A stretch of 60,000 nt of DNA from Malacoraja senta (GCA_038087875.1 CM075990.1:7380001-7440000); one strand, 5' to 3'; positions 10,840 through 22,725 are shown, counted from the first letter of the stretch. Numbers and translations are program-made. Notes: a model not told the origin generated them from the sequence alone.

Positions 10840-11430
10840 TCTTGGGATCACACCTAGCCAACAATCAGCCTATCAGGGAACCTCCCTCACTGAGGTCAGC
10901 TGTTGCTGGCCCCGATTTGTCCTGTTTTTTTCGTTGCTTCCAGTCCCCCCCACCCTCCACAATCAGTCTGAAGGAGGGGCCCCGACCCGAAACGTCACCT
11001 ATCTATTTTCTCCAGGGATATTCCCTGACCTGTTGAGTTTGTGTTTTGTGCCTATCTTTGGTATGAACATTGAATGCTCCAATTTTAGATAACCTCTAAT
11101 AACTGTCTCCTGTGCTCCACCTGGTACTCACACCTGTTCTGCTCCTCTCCTTCCCCCTCCTCCTACATTGGAAGCTCACACAATGGCCTCACAATTTACA
11201 ACTCTTCCAACTGTCCCACCCCTCCTGCTTTATGGTAATGTTGCAACCATCTGCCCATCGAACCCCCCCCCCCCCGGGTCACTGGTGTCCACCTATTACC
11301 TGCCACGCTTTGTCCTGCCTCTCCTCTCTTCCAGCTTTCTCTTCCCTCTCACAATCAGTCTGAAGACGGGTCCCGACCCAAAACGTCACCTATCCTTGTT
11401 CTGCAGAGATGCTGCCTGCCTGACGGGTTG
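10840..11430 (+). mobile_element. Two adjacent Penelope pLTR fragments, each with a hammerhead-like motif
   Basis: cagtctgaaggaggggccccgacccgaaacgtcacc (~10964) and cagtctgaagacgggtcccgacccaaaacgtcacc (~11356). Confidence 0.75.
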
Positions 11431-11679
11431 AGGGGATCAGGGGGTGTAAATTAGGAAGGAGTGGAGGGGTCATGAAAGGTGTTAGTGGTGATTAATCGGG
11501 GTTTCCGTTGGTGGGGGTCCATTTAGACCATGTCATTTGCGAAGTTCTCCATGAAAATGTTGTCATTGTGCGGGTCAGGAGATGTCAATTGCTGGGAGGG
11601 GGGAAATTAGTTGGCGTCGGCCATATTGACACCAGAAGAGATCTCAATGGTTGAGGGACAATCTGTAAAGGGGACTGAA

Positions 11680-12080
11680 GGATGAGGGGGGACCTCATTG
11701 AAACATACAGAATAGTGAAAGGCTTGGATAGAGTGGATGTGTGGAGGACGTTTCCACTAGGAGAGTCTAGGACTAGAGGTCATAGCCTCAGAATTAAAGG
11801 ATGTTCTTTTAGGAAGTAGATGAGGAGAAATTGGGTGGTGAATCAGTGGGAAGGTGGTGAATCTGTGGAATTCCTTGCCACAGAAGGCTGTGGAGGCCGT
11901 CAGTGGATTTTTTAAGGCAGAGATAGATAGATTCTTGATTAGTACAGATGTTAGAGGTTATGGGGAGAAGGCAAGAGAATGGGGTTAGGTGGAAGAGATA
12001 GATCAGCCATGATTGAATGACGGAGTAGACATGATGGGCCGAATGGCATAATTCTACTCCTATTCCTTATGACCTTATGA
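11680..12080 (+). mobile_element. CR1 3' fragment
   Basis: gagagtctaggactagaggtcatagcctcagaattaaagg; tail ttatgaccttatgacc. Confidence 0.85.
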
Positions 12081-12084
12081 CCTG

Positions 12085-12450
12085 AAGTCAGTGGTTCGAT
12101 CTTCCCAATGTTTATTTGGAGGAGGTTCTGTCTCATCCAGTCATGGATGTTGGATGAACAACCTGACAATTTAGAGAGTGTACAGGGGCCAGCAGAGGCG
12201 GTGATGAAGTAGGGTTGTATCATGTTTCTCAAATGCTCAGGGGAAGTCTGCCGATGGGGTCCAGGTGGCTGGTTTGGGGGAGCAGGCCAGATCCTGGTGG
12301 GAAACCAAAGGGGACAGTCTTGGGATGTTGTGAAGTCATTGTTGTGTGATGCCCTGGCTATGAATAGATAACAATTAATGGCTGAGTGCGGTCCCATCCA
12401 ACTGCTCGATGCTGGAGGGGGTGGGTGACAAAGGCCTGGTGAAAGTGAGT
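12085..12450 (-). mobile_element. Old L2 LINE RT fragment
   Basis: LSGCSSNIHDWMRQNLLQINIGKIE resembles L2 LSxCLxDIxxWMxxNxLxLNxxKTE. Confidence 0.6.
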
Positions 12451-12753
12451 AGAAGAAGGAGTATGTTAACAAGGAACTGCAGATGCTGATTTACAATAAA
12501 AAAAAGAAACAAAGTGCTGGAGTAACTCAATGGATCAGGAGGCATCTCTTTAGATCAGGTTGGGACCCTTCTTTATTGGGATGGGGGAGGGGGAAGCTAG
12601 AAGAGAGGAGCGGCAAGTCAGCCTTCCAGCCGACAATGGTGGCTAGTATGGTATCATAACACGATACCATTGCAGTAGAGTCCATATTTAAGGAGGGTGG
12701 AGGATTCTTTATATTGTTGTTAAGTATGGCAATTCGAATATCACTGTACCTTA

Positions 12754-12954
12754 AGTGCCATCATTTATGCAACATCATTTACGCGTCACGATGCATGACG
12801 CGTGCGTTGTGACGCGCACGTGATGCGCGCATGGTGCGTGGTGACGTAGGCAGTGAGGCGCGGTCGCCCGCGGCACCCCAGGATTTTGGGATGTACAAAA
12901 TCTACGCGCACCATCTGCGTGACGCGCAAATGACGCCCAAGTGGGACAGGCCCT
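12754..12954. mobile_element. Harbinger-type MITE with damaged left TIR
   Basis: Right TIR aagtgggacaggccct followed by TTA; CpG-rich; related to 41050-41505; splits cactgtacctta/ttaattggtacac. Confidence 0.75.
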
Positions 12955-13069
12955 TTAATTGGTACACGTGACAATAAAAGACCTTTGAAACCTTTGAAGT
13001 AAGGCTAGGCTATAGACAAACATCCTTCACTGATGCTGAACAACTTTCAACTAACATTGGTGCCTGATA

Positions 13070-13515
13070 CTATGTCGGCTGCCCTCTCCTCACCTTGGAG
13101 GACTTACACAGTTCCCACTGTCTCAAGAAATCCCAGAACATTATAAAGGACATTTCCCACCCCGGACACTCCCTGTTTGAACTGTTGCCGACAGGCAGAC
13201 GGTACAGATCAATGAGGACAAGGACAAAGACTCAAAACAGTTTTTATCCCACAGCAATAACTACACTTAATGTAGCCACCAAATGAGTGCAGGTGTGCTA
13301 CACACCAAAGGGATTGTGAAATCAACAGAAGAATGTATGTTTATGTGTTTATGCTTGGTTTTTTCATGTTATTTATTTTAGTTGTTTATTTTAGATATTT
13401 CTCTTTTACGTATCGTTAGCTGTTAGATAATGTGTGAAGGGTGCACTGACTGGTTGGCATTTTTAATTTCGTTGTACATGTTTACATGTTATAATGACAA
13501 TAAAGAATTTCATTC
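13070..13515 (+). mobile_element. Rex1/Babar LINE 3' end
   Basis: CLKKSQNIIKDISHPGHSLFELLPTGRRYRSMRTRT...NSFYPTAI; 3' UTR ends atgacaataaag. Confidence 0.85.
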
Positions 13516-13628
13516 AAGTCATTGCATATTGTAGATATGTTTCTTCCTAGAGGTATATCAACATCAAGTGAGGTACAATTATCTATTTTAATGTGTGCCT
13601 TTTAACATTGTAACTGAGGTAGATGTTT

Positions 13629-13794
13629 ATAGACACAAATAGCTGGAGTAACTCAGCGGGACAGAAGAAGGGTCTCGACCCGAAACATCACCCATTCCTT
13701 CTCTCTAGAGAAGCTGCCTGTCCTGCTAAGTTACTCCAGCTGTTTGTCTCTATCTTCGAGTTAAACCGGCATCTGCAGTTCCTTCCTGCACACA
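13629..13794 (+). mobile_element. Penelope-derived element with short inverted 5' piece
   Basis: 13-bp TSD GAGGTAGATGTTT (13616-13628, 13795-13807). Confidence 0.85.
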
Positions 13795-14859
13795 GAGGTA
13801 GATGTTTCATGGGCGCCATTCAAATAAAATGGCACTTGATGACTTCAAAGCAGAAAGAGATGTTGGAGATGGGCTGGTAATTCGTGGATCGTTTTGAAAA
13901 GGGAGGTGATTTGCAAGGTAATCGTCGATACCCGATGAAAGAGAACTGTGACATTTGTGCTTAACATAGTGGTGGGAAGGATGGAGTGGTGCATGGTAGG
14001 AATATGATGAGGGACTAGCACCTGGGCAAAAGCTTATGTAGCTTAATGCATTGGAATAAGTAAAGTGTCCATTGTACACAGATGATGGAATAGCATTGTC
14101 ACTGAGAGATCTTGTGCATTTTGCTAACAATTATATAATTTGTTGCCTCTGCTACGAAAATGAGAATAACCTCCGTCAACGGGGAATTAAATACAGAAAC
14201 TGCTATCGCTGGAAGCATTGTCTTTACTCATTAGACTAATGGCAATGCCAACATTTTAAAAGAAGGTTATGACAACATGAGGAATCTATTCATCTGTGGC
14301 AAAATTGTTCTTGCAAAATATGGCTGGAAATAAGAATCAAATAGTGTTTTGTCCAATTTAATTTCTCAAGCATTAAATCAGGAGAATTAATTGGAATTTG
14401 ATCCTTGTGTATTAGGTTGAATGATTGTAAATAGTTTTCTGGCAGGCAATGGAAATAGCCTGTAATGACACAGGAGCTCAGAGTGAAGGGGAGGGGAAGA
14501 AATCACTGCTCTATGAACCATATTATTTAAGTCTATTTGTTTTACGAGGGCTGAATCTGCATTCACACTGAAATGGTTTAGGGCAAAACACTCCATCTTG
14601 CAGGATGCACAGTGTGGAGTATTTGTCCATTTCCTGCTGTCAACTCCCTGATCAGATTGTCAAATTAAATTCACCCACCTCGGGTTTTAGCTGTTTGTTC
14701 CTGCTTGCACAGTTTCGTTGTGAGCTTAGCCTATTAATATCTCTAATTTGACAAGTGTGAAATACAATAACCATGGTCATTAGGGGATCAAATTGTACGG
14801 AGTTCTGTAGAAGACAAGAATGGGATTAGTTGAAATTGGCCACGCTGTCAACGTGGTTT

Positions 14860-15143
14860 CAGTTCAGTTTGGTTCAGAGATACAGTACGGAAACAGGCCC
14901 TTCGGCCCATTGAGTCCGTGCCGACCAGCGATCCCCGCACATTAACACTACCCTACTCACACTAGGGACAATTTACGTTCACACCAAGCCAATTAAACGA
15001 CAAACCTGTACGTCTTTGGAGGGCGGGGGAAGTTCTCGGAGAAAACCCACGTGGTTACGGGTAGAATGTATAGACAGCACCCGTAGTCAGGATCAAATCT
15101 GGGTCTCTGGCGCTGTAAGGCAGCAACTCTACCGCTGTGCCAC
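14860..15143 (-). mobile_element. HE1-like V-SINE
   Basis: gagatacag..ggaaacaggcccttcggccc...ctgtaaggcagcaactctaccgctgtgccac. Confidence 0.9.
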
Positions 15144-15666
15144 ACATGGTGTAAGCTAGTGTCTTTTATTCTGCTAATGGTTCCGTTTTATGTCTGCTGT
15201 CTAAAGAAGGAAGAAAAATATTAATCTCAGCTCCTTGATTAAGTCGTGTCACCCCTTGACTGCTGTTCCAATCCATCCTTATGGCCCAATAATTCACCGG
15301 ATCTAGCTGTCTTACTCCTGGGCCATTTATACTGTTTATCTTGGTCCAAGATATGGCTTATCTGGACAATAAACGTCTAATTTGTATCTGTCTTGCAATT
15401 AACCCTCTCCAAATCAGGCCTTTGCATTGGAGAAATTGTCTAACTGTGTAGCACATCATAAGAATGCAAGAAATTGAAGCAGAATGAGGCCATTTGTCTT
15501 TTTGAACCTGCGCTATCATTTTGTGTGATGATATCTTGTGCCCCTCACCTCTTTTCACTGGCTCCACTGTCCTCTGAGGTTTTGAAAGCTTATCACTCAG
15601 CAATTTTACAAAGACTGAGCATGCAGGTAGAGAATTCCAAAGATTTACTGCTGTCTGTGTAGTTTT

Positions 15667-16055
15667 AGACAATAGGCAATAGACAATAGGTGCAGGAGTA
15701 GGCCATTCGGCCCTTCGTTCCTGCCTTCTCCCCATATCCCCTGACTCCGCTATTTTTAAGAGCCCTATCTAGCTCTCTCTTGAAAGCATCCAGAGAACCT
15801 GCCTCCACCGCCCTCTGAGGCAGAGAATTCCACAGACTCACCACTCTCTGTGAGAAAAAGTGTTTCCTCATCTCCGTTCTAAATGGCTTACCCCTTATTC
15901 TTAAACTGTGGTCCCTGGTTCTGGACTCCCCCAACATCGGGAACATGTTTCCTGGCGTGTCCAAACCCTTCACAATCTTACATGCTTCAATAAGATCCCC
16001 TCTCATCCTTCTAAACTCCAGAGTGTACAAGCCCAGCCGCTCCATTCTCTCAGCA
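15667..16055 (-). mobile_element. CR1 (HER1-like) 3' end, well preserved
   Basis: MERLGLYTLEFRRMRGDLIE...GESRTRDHSLRIRG...FFSQRVVSLWNSLPQ. Confidence 0.95.
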
Positions 16056-16149
16056 TCATCTCAGTCCTGAACGTCTAATTCTTTATTGTCTGCATGCACC
16101 TCTCATTCCAAAGGAAATGACAACTCCTTATTGATCCTATAGTATTCTC

Positions 16150-16830
16150 CGGCACTTTGGAGACTGAATGGAGACCTGATTGAAGTATATAAAGTCATGA
16201 GAGGTAACGATAAGGTAGACCGTCCAGCTTTAAGGTGAGAGGGGCAAAGTTTAAAAAGAGATGGGTGGTGAAACTTATTTGACTCAGAGGGTGGCGAGTG
16301 CTTGGAACAGGGGTGGTGGTGAAGGTAGATACGACAGTGGCATTTCAGAACCTTAGATAGGCACATGGATATAGAGTCATCAAGTCATCGAGTCACACCG
16401 GCCAACTTGTCCCAGCGACACTACACCCACCTGCCTGCTCTTGGTCCATATCATAGAAACATAGAAACATAGACAATAGGTGCAGGAGGAAGCCATTCGG
16501 CCCTTCGAGCCAGCACCGCCATTCATTGTGATCATGGCTGATCGTCCCCAATCAATAACCCGTGCCTGCCTTCTCCCCGTATTCCACAAGCCACCTAGAG
16601 CTCTATCTAACTCTCTCTTAAATCCATCCAGTGATTTGGCCTCCACTGCCCTCTGTGGCAGGGAATTCCACAAATTCACAACTCTCCGGGTGAAAACGTT
16701 TTTTCTCACCTCCAAACCTGTCCAATCCATGCAGGGAATGGATCACGTGCAGGCAGACTAACTTAACCAGTTAGTTTAACTTGGTTTGGCACAGACATTA
16801 TGGGCCAAAGGGCCTGTCCTATGTTCTATG
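16150..16830. mobile_element. Cluster of nested CR1 3' fragments (minus-strand copy at 16452-16710)
   Basis: NVFTRRVVNLWNSLPQRAVEAKSLDGFKRELDRAL; (ATAGAAAC)n tail. Confidence 0.8.
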
Positions 16831-17519
16831 TCATTTGCATATTCCAATTTAGCACTATTTCTTCCAATTCCTGTCCACATTAACTCTGAACAACATGGTC
16901 TCATTTTTTCCTTTGGCTTTGTGAGTGTTGATTTGAGGAAACCTGGTTTGGATTTACCATATTAACAGTCATTTGATCACCTCTGACTGTGAGATTAGTA
17001 ACAGTGAGAGAGTGTTTGGTGCCTTTCGATTGCTGGTACAAATCTCACATCAATATACAGTCTTGCTTGTGTGAGCAATCCGCAGCAATGCAATTTAGAC
17101 ACTGATGAATTCTGAAGGGAGAGATGCTGTTTACTACTTTCTTACCATCGGCGAAGGAGGAACTCGCTCCAAGTTGGAGTAGACGTACTTGGTTTTGTCG
17201 CAATGTGAATTTCCCTGAGGCTCACAAGTTGGCACTGAGACACTCAGTTAAAAGTCAAGGAGAGGGGCTTTACTCTAATCTGCCCCAGAGTTCTTGGTGT
17301 GACTTAAGTTAGATTGCACTGCGAAACAATAGGCCCAATGGCAATAGCAGTGTTTGTTATTAGTTTTGCTGATGTTTTGAAGCTAATATTGTCACAATAT
17401 TTCTGACAGTTACTTTAACGAGATCCAGCCCATTACACCATTGTAAAAATAAAGAACCAAAAATTCCAAGTAATAGGTCAATAGAACCAAACGTACCAGA
17501 AATAGCTTGGGAATGGATC

Positions 17520-17860
17520 ATAAGGGAATGGATCGGGCAGACGTAATGTCTCGTGCCCAGAGTAGAGGATTCGTGAACCAGAGGGCATAGGTTTACGGTC
17601 AAGGTGGAAAGATTTTATAGGAATCTGAGTAATAACTTTTTCACACAAAGGTTGGTGGGTGTATGGAATGAGCTGCCCGAGGAGGTAGTTGGGGTTCTAT
17701 TGCAATGTTCAAGAAGCAATAGGGCAGGTTAATGGCTAGGAAAGGTTTAGAGGGATATGGGCCAAATGCAGGCAAGTGGGACTAGTGTAGGTGAGACAGG
17801 TTGGTCGGTGTGGGCAAGTTGGGCCAAAGGGCCTGTTTCCACACTGTATCACTCTATCTA
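17520..17860 (+). mobile_element. CR1 3' end
   Basis: ccagagggcataggttta...gggtgtatggaatgagctgcccgaggaggtagtt...gggcctgtttccacactgtatc. Confidence 0.85.
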
Positions 17861-18204
17861 TAACAAAAACTAGGAATCAAACGCTGCTATATATTAAATA
17901 CCTGTTTCATTTGTGGCTGTTTTACTGCATTTAAATCAATGGAGAACCTGTCCAAGGTTGTTTGAATAGATTTCTCTCTCTAAATGTTGTTGCTTTGTGC
18001 TTCGTTGTTGCAAGTGCCTGCGCACAGCAGTTAACACTACTGTGAATGGCAGTATATGGCTTTCACACAGAGGTGTGGGGCCCATAGACGCTGCAGGCAT
18101 CTCCGTGCAAAGCCTGAGCCAGGTGCCTGACTGTAGCCATCCACCTTTGCGTTCCTCTAACCCATGGCTTACCAGAGGTAACCTGCAGCCAACTCACGAG
18201 ACTA

Positions 18205-18510
18205 TTGTTTAGAGATACAGTGCTGAAACAGGCACTTCAGTCCACGCTGCCGATCAACCATTCATTCACACTAGTTCCATGTTATCCTACTCTCTCATCC
18301 ACTCCCTACACATCAGGAGCAATTTTACAGTGGCCAACTAACCTACAAACCCCCACGTCTTGGGATGTGGGTCGAAACCGGAGCGCCCGGAGAAAACCCG
18401 CACAGTCACAGGGAGAACGTGCAAACTCCACACAGATCACACCCGGGGTCAGGATCAAACCCGGTTCTCTGGCGCTGGGAGGCAGCATCTCTACCAGCTG
18501 CAACGCTGTG
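18205..18510 (-). mobile_element. HE1-like V-SINE
   Basis: tttagagatacag...gtcacagggagaacgtgcaaactccacacag...ggatcaaacccgg. Confidence 0.85.
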
Positions 18511-19411
18511 CTGTTTTATTGCAAAAACTCAATATAATGGGCAGCTGCAGACTGGATGTTGATGACCTCATGGCTCACCTTGGAATACCTGTGGTGAGAA
18601 GGCAATGGGTAAGGTGACCATTACCTTTGCTGCAGGCCTGTACTTGTGAGAGATCTCAGTAATAGCCTCCTCAACAAAGTGTAGGTTCCTTGCACACGAC
18701 TTCCCAGTGAAAGAAAGGTAGAGAAGAACTCCGCAGTGGATGTGACCCTCCTGGTTTCTTTACCCCGTCCCGACACATCTGCCCCTGCTTTCCGTGGTCT
18801 ATTTTGCTGGATGTTTCGTAACCAGGCAAAGCGACCAGCAAACCGACCTGGTGTTTAGCACAAAGCCTGCTAAACACCAGTCTATTTATCTGAACGACTG
18901 CAATGTGCAGCTGGTAAAATATCTGCTTGTCAAACTTTTGAAGCAAATAGATTAGGGATTGCCCAGAAGTCAACCATCTGGAAACATTATCCTGGAAGCA
19001 CTAACATCTCTTCCACAACACTCTGGTTGTGACAGCTTGTGATGAATGAGGTCAAGCCAATGGGATGTTTGGAAATCAAAATAAGGATCGCTAGATGTTC
19101 AGGTTATTCTGGGCTATGAACATTCAATAGAAGAAGACTATATTGAACGCTTGTAAAATAATGTTAGGGCAGAATTAGAGTATTGCTTTCAATTGTGGTC
19201 CCAGGAAAATTTTACTTTCAGGGTTGAGGGATTTCAGCTGCAAGGCTATAATGGAGAAGTTGGGAATTGTTCTTCTAGTGGAGAGATGTGATTGAGAAGT
19301 CCAAGACTTGATTGGGATGTTTTTGTTCAGGTCGATAAATGTCTCCATCAGTGGAGGTCAAGAACCAGAGAACAAGCTGCCAAAATATTCAGGAGCGAGT
19401 TGAGGAATATA

Positions 19412-19597
19412 TATGAAAGAACTGCAGATGCTGGTTTAAACCAAAGATAGACACAGAATGCTGGAGTAACTCAGCGGGAGAGGCAGCATCACTGGAGAGA
19501 AGGTATGGGTGGTGTTTCGGGTAGAAACTTCACCCATACCTTCTCTCCAGTGATGCTGCCTGTCCCGCTGAGTTACTCCAGCATTTTGTGTCTATCT
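19412..19597. mobile_element. Penelope-derived fold-back element
   Basis: ~70-bp inverted arms (19442-19511, 19531-19600); 12-bp TSD TTGAGGAATATA (19400-19411, 19598-19609). Confidence 0.9.
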
Positions 19598-19904
19598 TTG
19601 AGGAATATACTGTATATATTTTTTATATGCAGTGGGACAAATTGTTTTAAAGTTTTATGGATACCAACACAATTTCTTTTCGAGGAGTCGAAGAGTTGTC
19701 TCGCACAGAAACCGGCCGTTTGGCTCTCCATGTTCATGCTAAAATTTTGACCTTCAAAATTAATCCCACTTGCCAGTATTAGAAAAATGTCCTTCAAAGC
19801 TATACCTATTCAAGTGCTTCTCTAAATGTATCTTAAAAGTAGTGATTTTATCTGATTCTACCTCTTCCTCTGGCAGCGTTTTCTAGATATCGACCGTTCT
19901 CATC

Positions 19905-20342
19905 AAGAGGTTGCAGCGAATCGCCCGATCAGCTGAGAAGGTTATTGGCTGCAACCTTCCCTCCATTGACGAACTGTACACTGCAAGGGCCAGGAAGCGA
20001 GCGGGCAAGATCATCTCTGACCCCTCTCACCCTGGCCACAAACTCTTTGAATCACTTCCCCCTGGAAGGTGACTCCGGACTGTCAAAGCTGTCACAGCCA
20101 GACATAAAAACAGCTTTTTTCCCCACGAGTAGTAGCTCTACTCAATAACCAAAAATGTGAAGCCTCCTTTTGCTCTGGTATTTTATTTAATTCACATGTT
20201 TAATCGATAATGTTTTATTATTAATGTTTAATGTTTTATGTGTCATTCTTAACTGTCACTGTATGTCATGTTGTCATTTGCGGGCGGAGCACCAAGGCAA
20301 ATTCATTGTATGTGAATATACTTGGCCAATAAACGTATTCAA
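19905..20342 (+). mobile_element. Rex1/Babar LINE 3' end inserted in an old minus-strand CR1 (~19780-20720)
   Basis: RLQRIARSAEKVIGCNLPSIDELYTARARKRAGKIISDPSHPGHKLFESLPPGR. Confidence 0.85.
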
Positions 20343-20746
20343 ACTCTGTATAAAGTTATTTCCTCTCTGATCCTCTTTAAAGCTCCTTATTTGAATACAA
20401 TATCCTCTTGTTTTTGCATTCGCGACATGGAAAAATAATTGACCATCTAGCCTATCAATGCCTCATATAATCTGGTCACCTCTCAGCCTTATTTGCTCTC
20501 AGGAAAAGATGAGCTCCCAACAAGTAAAGTCCTCCAATTCAGGGAACATCTTAGTGAATCTCCTCTGCACACTCTCCAGCACCCGTCCTAAGGTGTTGTA
20601 TCCAGAATAACACACAACACTTGAAAGAGTGTTTTGCAAACTCTATACCCTCACCTATATACTTGCCATGTTTTGTTCTTCACCAGCCTATCTACTGTGA
20701 TGCTACTATCAGGGAACAAAAAGGAATAGAAAAAGAATACTTGTAA

Positions 20747-21392
20747 AGGGGCTGTCCCACTTGGACCACCTAATCCACGAGTTTAGAAGACCCTAGACGA
20801 GTTGAAAAAAATGTCAAGGTCGTGTTGACTCGCCGAAGTAAAAGACCTCCTACGCCTATGTCTACGACCTCCTACGCCTATGTCTACGACCTCCTACGAC
20901 TATGTCTACGACCTCCTACGACTATGTCTACGACCTCCTACGCCTATGTCTACGACCTCCTACGCCTATGTCTACGACCTCATACGACCCCCCTCGACCG
21001 CAGTCTTCCACACCTAAGACCAACTACGACTAGCTGTGAGTGGAAATTATCGCATGATAAAATGATGTTATGTTTGCTTTTTTTTTTCTCGGGCCAGTTA
21101 CCGACCTACGACTATCTACGACCTACCTACGACTACCATCATGACCTACTACCACCTACCTATGAGTAAAAAGTATCAATATTTTCCATGCCGACCTTTT
21201 TTTTATTTTGTGGACATTTTTTATCAGGCTGGAAAAAACACCGCGACCTACTTGAGGCCACGAGTACGCGGAGACCACTCACGAGCATGAGGAAGAGTGA
21301 CCTACGACCTCGTGGCGACCATGCTGCGAGTATGAGTCAAGGGCAAACTCGGCAGAGGTCGCCAATTAGGTCGTGAAAGTGGGACAGGGGCT
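20747..21392. mobile_element. Harbinger-type MITE with internal minisatellite
   Basis: Ends AGGGGCTGTCCCACTT and AAGTGGGACAGGGGCT; TAA/TAA TSD. Confidence 0.85.
20844..20989 (+). repeat. 22-bp minisatellite GACCTCCTACG(C/A)CTATGTCTAC, 6 units plus a partial unit
   Basis: Direct tandem units with no spacers. Confidence 0.95.
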
Positions 21393-22148
21393 TAAGAAAT
21401 ATGCAAGACTCCAAGGAAAGAACAAGAGAATGGACTGGAGGGGATTACATGGTGTCAACAGGCTGAATGCCTCCTTCTGCATGATAGCAGTCCTTTGGTC
21501 CTATCCTCTCTGATTCCTTCATCCAGTAGATCAGTTGACCTTTAGCCACAGGTGTGCACTACACTCCTGGCCCCCATTATAAGAGCTTCATCAGTGCAAG
21601 AATTCTACGCCACTGCAACTTTTCAAAAAGTAAACAGCGATGGCTAGTTCCCCAAAAGCAGAGGAGGCTTTACTGAAATGTCAAGGCAAAATGCACTAAT
21701 ATTGGGCATCATTAATTTAGAATCCAATGTTCATGGAACGACCACTGATCGCAGGCAGAGGCCCTTGGGAAAGTTTAGTAAGTGATGAGAGCGATGAGAA
21801 ATCAGTTGCAGTGACTCTTCACTAAGAGACCTGCCAAAACTCAAAGCGCTGCAAGAGAGAAAGGAAAGGTCATTAAATGAACTAATTTCATATCGATTGT
21901 TCTGCAAAGAGAATTCCAAGAAAGATCAAAGTTCTGTAAAGTTTGTGGTAATAAAGCACTATAATGGAGAGCTCTAGTAAATATCATCTGATCTAATTTG
22001 AGATTACCCTTTGTGCATTTTATTGACTAGGTAACTGCGCACATTGCAACACTAACCACAAATGTGGGCTGCACATGAAGGTTGCCAAACCCCTGCTGGG
22101 GATCAATCACACCCATGCTCTCCTGTGTCCGTCCCTTTGAATTGTTTA

Positions 22149-22405
22149 AGGGCCTGTCCCAATTTCACGACCTAATTCACGACCTTTTTTACTCGTGGAC
22201 ATTTCTCATCATGTTGAGAAAACGCCCCGACCTACTTGATGCCACGAGTACCTACGACTAGCATCACGAACTACCTACGACCTACGTACGACCTACGTAC
22301 GACCTACCTACGACCTATGACCTCGTGACGATCATGCTGCGAGTACGAGTCAAGGGCAAACTCGGCAGAGGTCGTGAATTAGGTCGTGAAAGTGGGACAG
22401 GCCCT
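22149..22405. mobile_element. Harbinger-type MITE, short relative of 20747-21392
   Basis: TIR AGGGCCTGTCCCA extended by tttcacgacctaattcacgacct; TTA/TTA TSD; internal ctacgacc motifs. Confidence 0.88.
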
Positions 22406-22528
22406 TTAGGTGGTCTGGCATCAGACAGTGCCAGATCCTAATGATACAAAGGGAAAGGGTTATGATGTCCATGAATTGGGGCAATGAGGACTCTGGTCAT
22501 TACAACCGCTCGATTGCTCGAGTAATAT

Positions 22529-22725
22529 TGTAGGAAGGAACTGCAGATGCTGGTTTAAACTGAACATAGGCACCAAATGCTGGAGTAACTCAGCGCGACA
22601 GGCGGCATCTCTGGATAGAAGGAATGGGTAACGTTTCTTCAGGGTCTTGACCAGAAACGTCATCCATTCCTTCCATCCAGAGATGCTGCCTGTCCCGCTG
22701 AGTTACTCCAACATTTTTGTATCAA
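22529..22725. mobile_element. Penelope-derived fold-back element
   Basis: 14-bp TSD TGCTCGAGTAATAT (22515-22528, 22726-22739); inverted arms around a damaged hammerhead core. Confidence 0.88.

Noticed and set aside
20844..20989. Possible CRISPR-like array
   Set aside because: Units are contiguous with no unique spacers, lie inside a MITE, and there are no cas genes; the context is eukaryotic.
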